NCBI RefSeq assembly: GCF_006345805.1
Contig: NC_043012.1
Location: 1,364,001 to 1,428,000, forward strand
DNA length: 64,000 nt
Source of the DNA: Octopus sinensis
Lineage: Eukaryota
Direction: 5' to 3'
In this document: piece after piece, positions 1-12,214 of the stretch
Layout of the letters: each line of letters opens with the position of its first letter
Numbering within the stretch: position 1 is the first letter of the stretch
Program-made: the position numbers and the translations under genes
Notes under the pieces: model-generated
Databases searched by the model: none
Seen by the model: only the letters and a program-made list of their open reading frames with translations
Told to the model about the DNA's origin: nothing

Positions 1-94
1 ATGCTGCTGGACTATGAAGGTTGTGTGTATGGGGACGTGTGGGGGTGTGTGTATGTGTCTGTATGATCGTGTGTTTCTGTCTGTGATATTACGT

Positions 95-967
95 GTTTGT
101 GTTTACCTATACATGCAAACACACACATACATTTATTACACTCATATATGTATTATATATATATATATATATTATATTATATTATATATATATATATATA
201 TATATATTAATATTAATATATATATGTACATATATATATATTTATAATATATTATATATTATTTATATATACTATTAATATATATATGTACATATATGTA
301 TATATGTATGTAGCATGTATATATATATTGTGTGTATATATATATATGTTATATTATATATATATAATATTATATATATATATATATAGTATATCTATAT
401 ATGATGCTTATGTACTGTACAAATGTATTGTACGAATGTGCAAGGAATATCTCAGATGTATGTGTTATTCCTGTGCATTGTGCATGTCAACTGCATATTT
501 TGTGGTGTATATATGTCTGCGTGTGTGTGTATGCGTGTGTGTATGTGTGTGTGTGTATGAAAGAGGAATGAATATGTGGTGTATATATACTAGAAAGATC
601 ACGAGAACCAAATCATGCAGCATTGATTTTCTTCTCAAAGCTACAATTTCTTCTACCCACTTTCCATTTTCTTTCCCGCCTTGTCTTTCCCTGCCCCAAC
701 TCTGTTTCTTACTTCATTTCTTTCTTTTCTTTCTTTCTTTCTTTCTTCCTTCCTTCCTTCCTTTATTTCTTTCTTTCATTTTACTTTCTTTCTTTCTTTC
801 TATCTTTCTTTCGTCCTTTATTTCTTTCATTCTTTCTATCTTTCTTTCGTTCTTTCTTTCTTTCTTACTCTCTTTCTGTCTTTCTTCCGTTCACTAACAC
901 ACTCATACACATGTATGCACATACACACACAATGAATTTGTCTATCCATCCATCTATCTATCCATCC

Positions 968-1054
<87 letters not shown>

Positions 1055-1104
1055 CATCCATCTTTCTCTTTCTCGCTCTCTATCTTTCTCTCTCTCTCTG
1101 TTTC

Positions 1105-1137
<33 letters not shown>

Positions 1138-1235
1138 CATCAAACAATACTTCAATTTAGCTTCTATTAATTAATAACTATTTCACCCTCTCACCTTCTA
1201 CCAGCATGCGTATGTATGTGTATATATATGCATGT

Positions 1236-1274
<39 letters not shown>

Positions 1275-1400
1275 ATATATATATGTATGTGAGTATGTAT
1301 GTATGTATGTATGTATATATATGTATATATATATATATATATATCTAATATATATATATATATTATATATATAATATATATATATATATATATGTATATA
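95..1400. repeat. Compound microsatellite block: (TA)n, (TG)n, (TTTC)n, (TATC)n, (TC)n
   Basis: Directly visible simple repeats; the ORFs here are YI/LSIY/FLSF low-complexity translations. Confidence 0.95.
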
Positions 1401-2307
1401 TATTTTATTGAAAGCATATTTGATGCAAACTTAGCTAAAACGGTAATGCAGATTTAAATATGCGGAAAGAGGAAATATTACTTGTGGATATCTGCTAAAA
1501 CGCTCTTTATTGCTTTTCTTTCTTTCTTTCTATACTGTTCTTTTTACTTAACCAGTAAGTAGGAAAGACAACTCCACACATGTTTCTGGTTCGTTAAACT
1601 CCATCATTGCACATGTGTAACTTCTGAGAACTAGTTGAAGTCGAACTTGTTCTGAAGGCATGTGTGTGTGTGTGTGTATTTGTGTTTGTGTGTGTATGTT
1701 TGCGGAAGATTGATCACACATCATAGACTACATAAAGTTATTATTCTTCCATGTTTCTAAACCTGTTATAGAGACAAACTAGCGATGCTGTATTTACTGA
1801 TTTCAGCTACTGTACTGCAGCCATGTCAGGTCATAACATCTAAAGGATACTAGTCGACCATGTCGGCAATGATACATCTGCTAATCTGGCTTCGTCTAAG
1901 AGAATAAAAATTGTAACTCTACGAACAGTTTTACAGTTGTGTACAGATACAAAGTATGCGCAATATGGCCGAATATTTCAAAAGTTCGTTCTACAACAAT
2001 ATTAGCTTTCGGTTTCGATCTCAAAGCGTAACATCTTCAGCAAATATCATTCTCTGTCATTTCAATGCGTCTGGTATCTTGTAACGAATCTGGGTAGATG
2101 GAAACTGGTGGGTTGTTCGTTGCCGTACTTCTGTCGGAGAACTGAGCTAATGGTTTAAATGACTATGGAATACTCAACCAATTAGGCGTTAATCCAGAAA
2201 CAGGTAATTCACTTGGTTGAACGACAGAGATTCACTCGCACCGACGTCACCACCACAACCAGCATATTTATGTGTGTATGTACGCATATATATATGTCTT
2301 TTTATTT

Positions 2308-2722
2308 TTTTTACTTGTTTCAGTCATTTTGACTGCGGCCATGCTGGAGCACTTTTAATCGAGCAACTCGACCCAGGGACTTATTCTTTGTAAGCCCAGT
2401 ACTTATTCTATCGGTCTCATTTGTCGAATCGCTAAGTGACGGGGACATAAACACACCAGCATCGGTTGTCAAGCAATGCTATGGGGACAAACACAGACAC
2501 ACAAACATACACGCACGCACACACACACATATATATATATGTACATATAAACGACGGGCTTCTTTCAGTTTCCGTCTACCAAATCCACTCACAATGCTTT
2601 GGTCGGCCCGAGGCTATAGTAGAAGACACCTGCCCATGGTGCCACGCAGTGGGACTGAACCCGGAACCCGGAACCATGTGGTTGGTAAACAAGCCACTTA
2701 CCACACAGCCACTCCTGTGCCT
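2308..2722 (-). mobile_element. tRNA-derived SINE family A, full length
   Basis: Minus-strand head AGGCACAGGAGTGGCTGTGTGG (A box) ... GGTTCAGTCCC (B box), internal (TA/TG)n, tail CATGGCCGCAGTCAAAATGACTGAAACAAGTAAAA; about 90% like the other copies in the window. Octopus tRNA-derived SINEs (OK, OR1, OR2) are known; exact name not assigned. Confidence 0.92.
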
Positions 2723-3756
2723 ATATATATATATATATACATATGTATGTATACATATGCGTACATATATAGATATATATATTCGTACATACATATGTTA
2801 TTTAAAACAGTTTGATTCGGCTCTATGCAACTTAAGGTTTCGTTGACTCCTTACGGAAACTAAGCTCGTTGGTGACCTTTGGTTTCTATAAAAAGTCTAC
2901 GAAACTTTAATTTGCAAGGGGCCGAATTAAAATGTTTTAAATAAGAGTATATGTACTTCCTACTAAATGTGTTTTGTACGTTATTTTGCGTGTTTGTCCA
3001 CTCACCTATATATGTATACGTAACATATGTATAATTTTAAAGAGGGCAAAAACAATGAATAACCTTAATCGATTTCAGAAGATTATTGAGTTCTCATCAG
3101 AGGCGTCTACATCATTTTGATAATCTCCAGAGAAACAAGCAGCCAAACTGTTTTTATACTCAACAAATGCAGCAGTTACTCTATGAAGGAATCCCTATTT
3201 TGCATACCGAAAGTGTTTAACACTTTAATTACCAGCGGCCTGTCAACGGGGATCTCAGTTCACACAGTATCAAGGTATGATATAATATATACGTAACATA
3301 TGGTATAATTATATATATATATATATATATAAATACATGTATATATACGTGCGTGTGTGTATGAGTACGTGTGCACGCGCGCCTGTAATGCATAATTCTT
3401 ATAAGACGTCTAAAATTAATGAAAAGACGGTCTATAGTTTGCTATATACACATTAAACAGGGAGGGGAAAAAAGGAAGATTTTAGTAATTTTTGTTTTCG
3501 AAATTTTTACAAAACAGTAAACTTTACTAAGAGCATGAGTAAGCGAGTAGATGGTGCGAAAAAGGAAATGGATTAAGGCTGCTGGTAAAGAAACGATTTC
3601 GCCAATCGGTTCCCTTATTTCGATTCGGTCTACTCATCAGAAGGCTGTAGTTTATGTGAGGTCATTATGAAAGATACTTGCTCAATGTACTTACTTGTAC
3701 TTGTGGTGACATTCACCCAGGGCGGGTTGAGTCGGCTTCTACCACCCTCGAGTCTT

Positions 3757-3845
3757 GCCTTGGGCAAGACTCGTCTACTGTAGCCTCCAGCCGACCAAAG
3801 CCTTGTGAGTGGATTTGGTAGACGGAAACTGAGAGAAGCGCGTCG
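3757..3845 (+). mobile_element. SINE family A, body fragment
   Basis: CCTTGGGCAAG...GCCGACCAAAGCCTTGTGAGTGGATTTGGTAGACGGAAACTGA matches the SINE-A body. Confidence 0.8.
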
Positions 3846-4127
3846 ATATATATTTATATATATATATAAATACAGTGTACATTTAAACGCATAAGAGGCA
3901 TCCATCATAGTATTCCTTGCACGCTAGAGAGGACAGTTAAATTCCGAACCACTATTAGGGATAAACTTCCTAAGGGAATGAAAAATAAAAATATTTACTA
4001 TCTAACGCCTGGACCAATGTTTGCAGACTATTCTTATCAAATATAATAATTTGCTAGGTGAAGTCTTCTTCAGCAGGTATACCTTAGATTAAATATATAT
4101 ACACGAGGCAATACATATATGTATACA

Positions 4128-4296
4128 TCGATTGAAAACCGATGCTCGTGTGTTTAAGTAACTTAGCTGTTCGGCAAAAGAGACGGATATAATGAATACT
4201 ATGCTTACAAAGAATACGTTCTGGTGTTGATTTGCCCCCGACTAAAGGTGCTGCTCCAGAATGGCTGCAGTCAAATGACTGAAATAAATACAAAGG
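4128..4296 (+). mobile_element. SINE family A, diverged 3' half
   Basis: ACCGATGCT...GGCTGCAGTCAAATGACTGAAA tail. Confidence 0.8.
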
Positions 4297-4963
4297 ATAA
4301 AAAAAGAATAAATAAATAAAATAAAAGCAAAAAAAAAAAGAAAAAGAAGAAAAGTAAATCACACATAATATTTGTAAGGAAATGTTATCCTTGCATCAAT
4401 GTATACTTCAGGCGCCACTTAACAAAGGTTTATCTCAGGTATGCATAAGAAAATGTTTTAAAAAAGCGATCTATATTTCGTCACGTATACTTTCAAAAAC
4501 TCGATCTATTTTGTGTGAGAAACTAAGACAGCATATTCCCATAGGGTAATTAGCATAAACTATTCATTGTCCTGGGAAAAATCAACACAAAATTAACGTA
4601 TAACTGATGAAGCATTATTTGATATTTGTTTCTATAATGATTGCGTAAAAAATATTACGGAGTAGCCGCAATTCTGCGCCGGCATTGCAATTATTGATCG
4701 AGTTTCTATACCCAACCAGTGTAATAATGTTTGGATGTCCTAACGTCAGGTGTACGAAAACTAAGCCTATGCTCTGTAACGATCCTATATCTTGTTACTA
4801 CTAGCAAAATAACTTAAACAAACATATATTCATGACCATCTTAAATTGGGAGAATAAGAGGTGTCCTATATTTTACAAGAATAACCACTGTCTTAACAGT
4901 GACATTACGTCATATATATATGTGTGCGTGTGTGTGTGTGTGTGTGTGTATGTATTTTTTACA

Positions 4964-5170
4964 TGTGTCTGTGTTTGTACCCTCACCAACCATTGACAAC
5001 CGATGTTGGTGTGCTTACGTCTCCGTAACTTAGTGGTTCAGCACAAAACAGGCCGATAGAATAAGTACTAGGCTTACAAAGAATATGTCTTGGGATCGAT
5101 TTGCTCGACTAAAGGCAGTGCTGCAGCATGCCCTCAGTTTAAATGACTAAAACATGTAAAATTATAAAAG
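4964..5170 (+). mobile_element. SINE family A, 3' half
   Basis: TTGACAACCGATGTTGGTGTG...CTCGACTAAAGGCAGTGCTGCAGCATG tail. Confidence 0.82.
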
Positions 5171-5277
5171 TATAAAAATGATATATACATATACACAGAC
5201 ACACACGCATACACACACACATATATATATATATGCATATATATATATATATACATGTATATATATATATATATATA

Positions 5278-7110
5278 TCCCACGAGGATAAGTGAAATAC
5301 TGAACGAACATTTCCAAAGTGTGTTCACTACACCTCTAGGACACAGACAAGTAAACAACCCAGAAGAATTCTTTGCCACTTTACCTTCGGCCAAAGAGGC
5401 AAAAATTGAGTACATCAACATTGAAGATGATGATATCACACTAGCCATTGATGAGATTGACACAAACTCAGCCGCTGGACCGGATGGATTTCCAGCGATC
5501 CTTCTCAAATCGTGCAAACGAGCCCTTGCAAAACCGCTACAGGTTCTTTTTCAGAGCTTTCTTGCAAGTGGTAAGCTCCCAGTCAAATTTAAAGAGGGGG
5601 TAATATGCCCTATCCATAAGGGAGGTAGCAGAGCAGATGCTAAAACTTATAGGCCTATCTCTCTGACCTCACACATCAGCAAAGTCATGGAACGAATAGT
5701 CCGCAAGAAACTAATCATGTTCCTTGAAGAAAATGACTTGCTGACTGACACCCAGCATGGATTTCGCCCAGGTAGAAGCTGCCTAATACAGCTCCTTCAA
5801 CACTATGACTGGGTGTTAAAACAGCTACTAAATGGCTCAAATGTAGATGTGATATATCTCGACTTTGCAAAAGCCTTTGATAAAGTCGACCACGGTATGA
5901 TTTGTCACAAACTGCGTGGTCTCGGCATAGGCGAAAAACTTGGAGAGTGGCTGCACAACTTCCTGAAAGATAGAAGACAGGCAGTTGTGACCAATGGAGC
6001 CACCTCCAAGGAAACACAAATAACAAGCGGTGTTCCACAGGGCACTGTCTTGGGGCCACTGCTGTTCATAGTGGCCCTTTCAGACATGCCCTCAGTTGCT
6101 AAGATGGTCACCCTTGCTAGCTATGCAGATAACACAAAAGTCTCCCACACAATACAAAACCCTGAAAATATTGCACATCTGCAACAGGAGTTGGATACAA
6201 TATACAGGTGGGCTGAGGACAACAATATGCAGTTTAATGCAGGTAAGTTCCAGGCCCTGCGCTACCGGCACACAAAGGTAAATGACATGCAGACTGGATA
6301 CACTGGCCCGGGAAGAATTGCAATCCCTGAGTCAAAATCAGTGCGTGACCTGGGCATTGACATGAGCAATGATGCTTCTTTCCAAGTGCATATTACTAAT
6401 CTGGTGATAAAACGCAGACGGCTAGCTGGATGGATTCTCCGAACTTTCAGAACAAGAGAGACACTGATGGTCCTCTGGAAAACTTTCGTCCTCAGCCGCT
6501 TGGACTACTGCTCCCAACTATGGTCATCACACAATATAAAACTAACAGCAGAACTTGAAGCAATTCAAAGAAGCTACACAAGGAAGATCGTCTCAATGCA
6601 AAATATCAGCTACTGGGAAACACTGAAAGTATTAAACCTCTTCTCCCTAGAGCGAAGGCGGGAGAGATATGCGGTGATATACATCTGGAAAATCCTGGAG
6701 GGTCTTGTCCCAAACTTAGGCATTCAAAGTTACCCCAACCGCAGAACGGGGCGCCACTGCATTGTGCCAAAGATTCCAACATCACCATCAAAATACAGGA
6801 CCAGATACTGCAACAGCTTGGGTTTCAGAGGAGCACAGCTCTTTAACATCCTCCCTAAATGCCTGAGAGACTTGCATGGTGTGGATGTGGGTTTCTTTAA
6901 AACTAAACTGGATCTCTTCTTGTCGGGGATCCCAGATGAACCTACCTCACGACAGGAGACACAGATGCGAGCAGCGGCATCGAACTCCCTTATTGACCAA
7001 GTGCCACGTATCAGAGGTGGATTTACAAATTAGCGTAGCTCATTCAGCGGTGGTGCCCTATCATGGCCGCCGCCTTCGGTGTAAAACATTTTTAAGGATT
7101 TAAGGATTTA
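5278..7110 (+). mobile_element. CR1-group LINE, 5'-truncated (no APE domain), RT and C-terminus uninterrupted, with 3' UTR and TTTAAGGA tail
   Basis: ORF 5255-7033 has RT motifs GPDG, YRPISLTS, QHGFR, YLDFAKAFDKVDH, SGVPQGTVLGPLLF and YADN (normally YADD), then a CR1-like C-terminus (SRLDYCSQLW, SLERRRER, FKTKLDLFL). Stop at 7033, short 3' UTR, (TTTAAGGA)x2. Confidence 0.9.
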
Positions 7111-8097
7111 TATATATATATATTATAATATACATGTATATATGTTTATATGAGAAAGAAATCATAATGCTAGTGGCAACCTCTGGCGTAAAACTGCACC
7201 AAATTTCATATTCATTATGACAGTTATATTCAATTTTATTTCTTAGTAATGGTTTCTTGAATCGGGTTACGTTGTAAGTTCAAGTCGTGCTGGCGTCAAA
7301 CTTGGTATTTCATCATTCCGGGGACGTTAAGATAAGTCTCGTAATCATCATACTTGCATCGATTTAACCTGCTAAACTCTCTTCACCACCACCACCACCA
7401 CCACCAAAAACAACAACAACAACACTGCTACTACTATCAGAAGTAGAAGTAGGAAAAGGAGGAGGTAGACGAGTAATTCAATTTAACGCATTTGTTACGT
7501 ATATTAATTTATTCAAACATGGCGACAAAATAAAACACACAAACTTTGTGTGTATATAAAACAATATTTACTATTTTCTGTTCTTGTGTATGTGTGTGAG
7601 TGTGAGTCTGTGTGTGTGTATGTGTGTGTGTGTCCTGACGACGTTAGTTTTTAACTTATTGTTATGCAGTATCTCTTTTCGTACATATTTTAAATAGACA
7701 ACTAATACAAAAAAAAAAACAACAAAAGCAGTAAAATAAAGAGTAAAAACAATATAACAAATAAACAATAACAACCACAGTGATTACAATAAGAACAAAA
7801 GATCAAATGAACAAGATTGTGTCCTGCCTTGTCTTGCCTGACACGGCCTTTAAGAAGGTTCTCGGTGGATGTAATGGACGCAAATAATGGCGAGGATTCA
7901 CGACGCCATAGCATGAGAAAGAGCAACTTGTTAGAATAAACTGCTTCTTTGTTTAGTGCAGCACTCCCTGTACGGCCAGGGCTGTGTATGATAAATGCAC
8001 TACCTATGCATTATGCATGTGTACTAATACACACACACATACACACATATTTTTATTTCAGATTTGAGTATGTCTAATCTATATCTATCTATCTATC

Positions 8098-8134
<37 letters not shown>

Positions 8135-8168
8135 ATCTATCTATCTATCTATCTGTATGTTGTGTGTG

Positions 8169-8206
<38 letters not shown>

Positions 8207-8280
8207 TCAGTATATGTTTCTCAAAGCTTATATGTATGTCTAAAATGTGTTGTGCATATGTATCTGTGTATCTATGTATC

Positions 8281-8344
<64 letters not shown>

Positions 8345-8419
8345 AAGATAGATACTTAAAAAATAGTTATAAATTATGTATGTATACATGCACGCGGTCA
8401 TATATATATTATAATATAT

Positions 8420-8469
<50 letters not shown>

Positions 8470-8538
8470 TATATATCGCATACAAGAACTAATAGGCTAC
8501 GAAATAAGGACACACACACACAATATATATATATATAT

Positions 8539-8573
<35 letters not shown>

Positions 8574-9002
8574 ATAATAAGTATATGTATACAAATATTA
8601 GCATTAAATGAAAAATAGACAGAGATATTACACACAGATATACAGAATGTGGGAAAGAGAAAGAGAGAAAGAGAGGATGGGAATGGCAGAGAGAGAGAGA
8701 GAAGGAGTAATTACAAATTACCTTTTATCGCGTATTATTTCTGTATTCTTTTTTGCAATTGCTACATATTTTTTATCCGTATTTTGTCGGTAACGTACGC
8801 TAAGGTACACCCTATTTACGTAATTTTATTGAAGCGCTCAGGATCAAAGTATTGTCAAGAAGGAAACATTACTTTATACTATAAAGCATAACCCTCATTT
8901 GAATGTATCTTGTGTAACTATTTATATTGCTATCGCTTTAATTCCATGTCACTTGGATAACTTTCTAAATGTCTATCTGCCTCAATTTCCATTACTCTCT
9001 GC

Positions 9003-9083
<81 letters not shown>

Positions 9084-9130
9084 TACGAGCGTGCCCACGC
9101 ACAGACAGAACAGAGAGAGTGAAATCAAAC

Positions 9131-9333
9131 AATGATAAATCTCAGAGCGAGTTATAAACAGTAGCAGCAACACATAGGGCACAGAAAGTGTGTCTATAGC
9201 CAGCTGGAGGAGGTGTCCTCCTGGGGCTACAAACTACAGTAGCATTCACCCTTAGGGGTTAACCATATTCAAATGGCAAATATACGTCACGATGTGTTGC
9301 TGCTACTGTTTATAACTCGCTCTGAGATTTATC

Positions 9334-9336
<3 letters not shown>
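9131..9336. repeat. Perfect 45-bp inverted repeat with 116-bp spacer
   Basis: 9131-9175 AATGATAAATCTCAGAGCGAGTTATAAACAGTAGCAGCAACACAT is the exact reverse complement of 9292-9336. Confidence 0.95.
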
Positions 9337-9367
<31 letters not shown>

Positions 9368-9369
<2 letters not shown>

Positions 9370-9503
9370 GGAGTAAACACATAAATGTGAAACAAGGTGG
9401 AAAAAAAGTACTCAAATACCAGGGGTAGAGTAATATGCTTTATTTAAAAGCAGCAGAAAATTCAACAAAACCTGTTACTCTGAGTTTCAAGTTCCCGTTC
9501 GTC
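9368..9503 (-). mobile_element. Possible Penelope-like element 3' terminal (pLTR) fragment
   Basis: Minus strand GACGAACGGGAACTTGAAACTC...AATAAA resembles the GA-x-GAAAC..AATAAA layout of PLE termini; no ORF. Confidence 0.35.
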
Positions 9504-9545
9504 TATATATATATATATATATACATACATATATATATATATATA

Positions 9546-9948
9546 TCTTTATATATAAAAATCAAGTTGTGTGTCTGTCTCCTACGAATTAGATTCCTAA
9601 CTACTCCCACATTTTGCGGTGCAGTGTAACCAAAAGCGGGTATCTTATAGTCGTGATTCATATCGAGCCCTTCTGGGTATTAGCGCGCGTCTACGATGAG
9701 TCTACGATTTTAAAAATTATTTACTATCATTTTTTTCCATTTTAATGCATTTTTTCGCTATTATATAAGGGAAGTAACTCTCTAAAAATGTCTACGATGA
9801 GTCAACGATTTAAAAAAAAAATTACCATAATCTTTTTTCCATTTTTAATGCATATTTTTTTTTTGGTATTTTTTGGCTATAACTCTCTAAAAATGCTTAT
9901 ATAGTTATTTCCCTTACAAACCCGAGCAACGCCGAGCGATACTGCTAG
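9546..9948 (+). mobile_element. Non-autonomous Helitron
   Basis: 5' TC, 3' CTAG, inserted between A(9545) and T(9949); subterminal hairpin CCCGAGCAACGCCGAG; internal ~100-bp tandem duplication (GTCTACGATGAGTC...). Confidence 0.85.
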
Positions 9949-10669
9949 TATATATATACATATATATATATATATGTGTGTGTGTTTTGTGTATGTGTAT
10001 ACACACAAACATACGTATATATACATAGATTGTGTGTGTCACGAAGTTTCAAGTAAAACGAACAACATGAATATACGATACCGCGATAATTACCGTCAAG
10101 CATATTAAAATGACCAGGTTAAGTTACCTGCACATAATTTGCATACGCCGCGTCGGAGGGATTAATGTTAGCAGTGGATTACACTTATTTATTTGGCGTT
10201 GTCGTGGCGTCACCGTATCAAAGCGTGCATGAAACTCTGACTGCATTATTTACGTAAACCGTTGGGTTTGATGAATTATAGCAAGTCTTTTTACAAACTC
10301 GTCTAGACACTAGATGTACCGTCTTACATTTCATACGAAGTTTTTTTCATTTTTCTTATTTTCGTTATAACGAAACGTTTTAACGTTTTCACATAAGTAC
10401 GCATGGCATTGTGATATATATATGATGAATGCGTCGTCAATTACTCTTTTTTTTTATATTTTGTATAATACATTTTATATTATGGTAAAACATATATTAA
10501 GTTCAGAACATTCGTATATGCATAGACATATGTACACACTATCATACATCTTTATATGAGCAGTTGTATGAATATGTTTACATATGTACATCCATAAACA
10601 TACACACACTTATATATATACACTGAACTGCAAAAGAAAAGCGAGACATGTGTGACTCTCTTTATTTAT

Positions 10670-11068
10670 CTCTTTTACTTGTTTCAGTCATTTGACTGGG
10701 GCCATGCTGGAGCACCGCCTTTAGTCGAGCAAATCGACCCCAGGACTTATTCTTTGGAAGCCTAGTACTTATTCTATCGGTCTCTTATGCCGAACCGCTA
10801 AGTTACGGGGACGTAAATACACCAGCGTCGGTTGTCAAGCGATGTTGTGGCGAACAAACACAGACACACAAACATATACACACAAATATGTACATCTATA
10901 TATACGTCGGGCTTCTTTTCCTTTCCGTCTACCAAATTCACTCACGAAGCTCTAGTCGGCTCGAGGCTATAGGAGAAGGCGCTTGCCCAATGTGCCACGC
11001 ATAGGGACTGAACCCAGAACCGTGTGGTTGGTAAGCAAGCTACTTGCCACACAGCTACTCCTACGCCT
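10670..11068 (-). mobile_element. SINE family A, full length
   Basis: Head AGGCGTAGGAGTAGCTGTGTGG at 11068; tail GACTGAAACAAGTAAAAGAG at 10670. Confidence 0.92.
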
Positions 11069-11129
11069 ATATATGTGAAATATGTTTTAATTTCATTATA
11101 TCATAGATAAATTTTCATAAATCTGACAA

Positions 11130-11400
11130 AGGTAATATCTTGGATACACTTTGACCACAGTCCATGGGTTGTCGTCATGTGTCCAGGTAGTGGGCGGATC
11201 CAGCACATCGAGAATGTAGGGTGCGAAGAGTTCAATAACGTGTATACCATCCCTAGGTGTTGAAAACGGCAATACACCGTCCATACATGAAGTGCATGAG
11301 GCGATTGACAGAAGCCATTGGCACTTGTGCTAACACCCTGAAGAAAGCTGTAGAGTGAAACAATATCTTTCTGCCCCGTAAAGTTTCCTACAATTGTCCA
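11130..11400 (+). mobile_element. Old RTE-clade LINE 3' fragment
   Basis: Broken plus-frame translation ...IPRC*KRQ/RPYMKCMRRLTEAIGTCANTLKKAVE*NNIF resembles the RTE C-terminal pattern KRKRGRP.MRW.D.I.E..G...EL..A.EDR..W. Confidence 0.5.
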
Positions 11401-11460
11401 AGCCATAACAAAGAAGCAACAGCACTGGAACTTTAATTTGTTTTTAGCGGCCTGAAAGAA

Positions 11461-11865
11461 TATTTTCTACTCTAGGCACAACGTCCGAAATTTTGGGGGA
11501 GGGGGCTAGTCGATTAGATCGACCCAGAACGCAACTGGTACTAATTTTATCGACCCCGGAAAGAAGAAAAGCAAAGTGGACCTCGGTGGAATTTGAAATC
11601 AGAACACGAGGACAGATGAAATACCTATTTCTATTTCTTTACTACCCACAAGGGGCTAAACACAGAGGGGACGAACAAGGACAGACAAACAGCTTGAGTC
11701 GATTACATCGACCCCAGTGGATAACAGGTACATATTTAATCGACCCCGAAAGGACGAAAGGCAATGTCGACCTCGGTGGAATTTGAACTCAGAACGTAAC
11801 GGCAGACGAAATACGGCTACGCATTTCGCCCGGCGTGCTAACGTTTCTGCCAGTTCGCCGCCTTA
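11461..11865 (-). mobile_element. SINE family B (Nin-domain-like core) dimer
   Basis: Head TAAGGCGGCGAACTGGCAGAAACG, B box GAGTTCAAATTCC, core TGCCTTTCGTCCTTTCGGGGTCGATTAAAT; the tail AAAGAAATAGAAATAG joins at ~11625 to a second unit starting GTATTTCATC. Confidence 0.88.
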
Positions 11866-12214
11866 CATCATATAACTATTAAACATGTCATACTGAATTT
11901 TCTTACATTGTTGACTTCTTGCCACGTGACGTGTCGTCTTCTCTTTCGTTTAGTTATGTATCACATAATAGTGATCCTACTTTCAATATCTCAATTTATA
12001 TCGCATTTTTGTCTTTCCTTCTCAAGCTGCCTTTTAGGAACGCTGATTAGAGTCTCAAACACCTTTTCTCTTTCGCTATTTATCTTTTTTCTTTCTCTTT
12101 CTTTATCTCTTTCTCGTTCTCTTCCTATCTCTTTTTTTTTAATTTCTCAATCATTCGTGCCTTTGTGCTTATTTCCTACAGCCGTTTCACACAATTCTTT
12201 TTCTTTCCACTTAT

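Noticed and set aside
1900-2260. Possible LINE APE remnant (ANIILCHFNA resembles ..GDFNA)
   Set aside because: A single weak motif with many stops; cannot be supported without a profile search.
2466-2846. Recurring ORFs such as CFGRPEAIVEDTCP.. and HMVPGS..
   Set aside because: Translations of SINE-A copies; the recurrence reflects the repeat, not a gene family.
5255-5277. Met start of the 592-aa ORF
   Set aside because: The ATG lies in the flanking (TA)n; LINE homology begins at ~5278.
11096-11406. Protein-like minus-strand ORFs with an apparent acceptor (CTTTCTTCAG|G)
   Set aside because: The plus strand matches a decayed RTE C-terminus, which is the simpler explanation.
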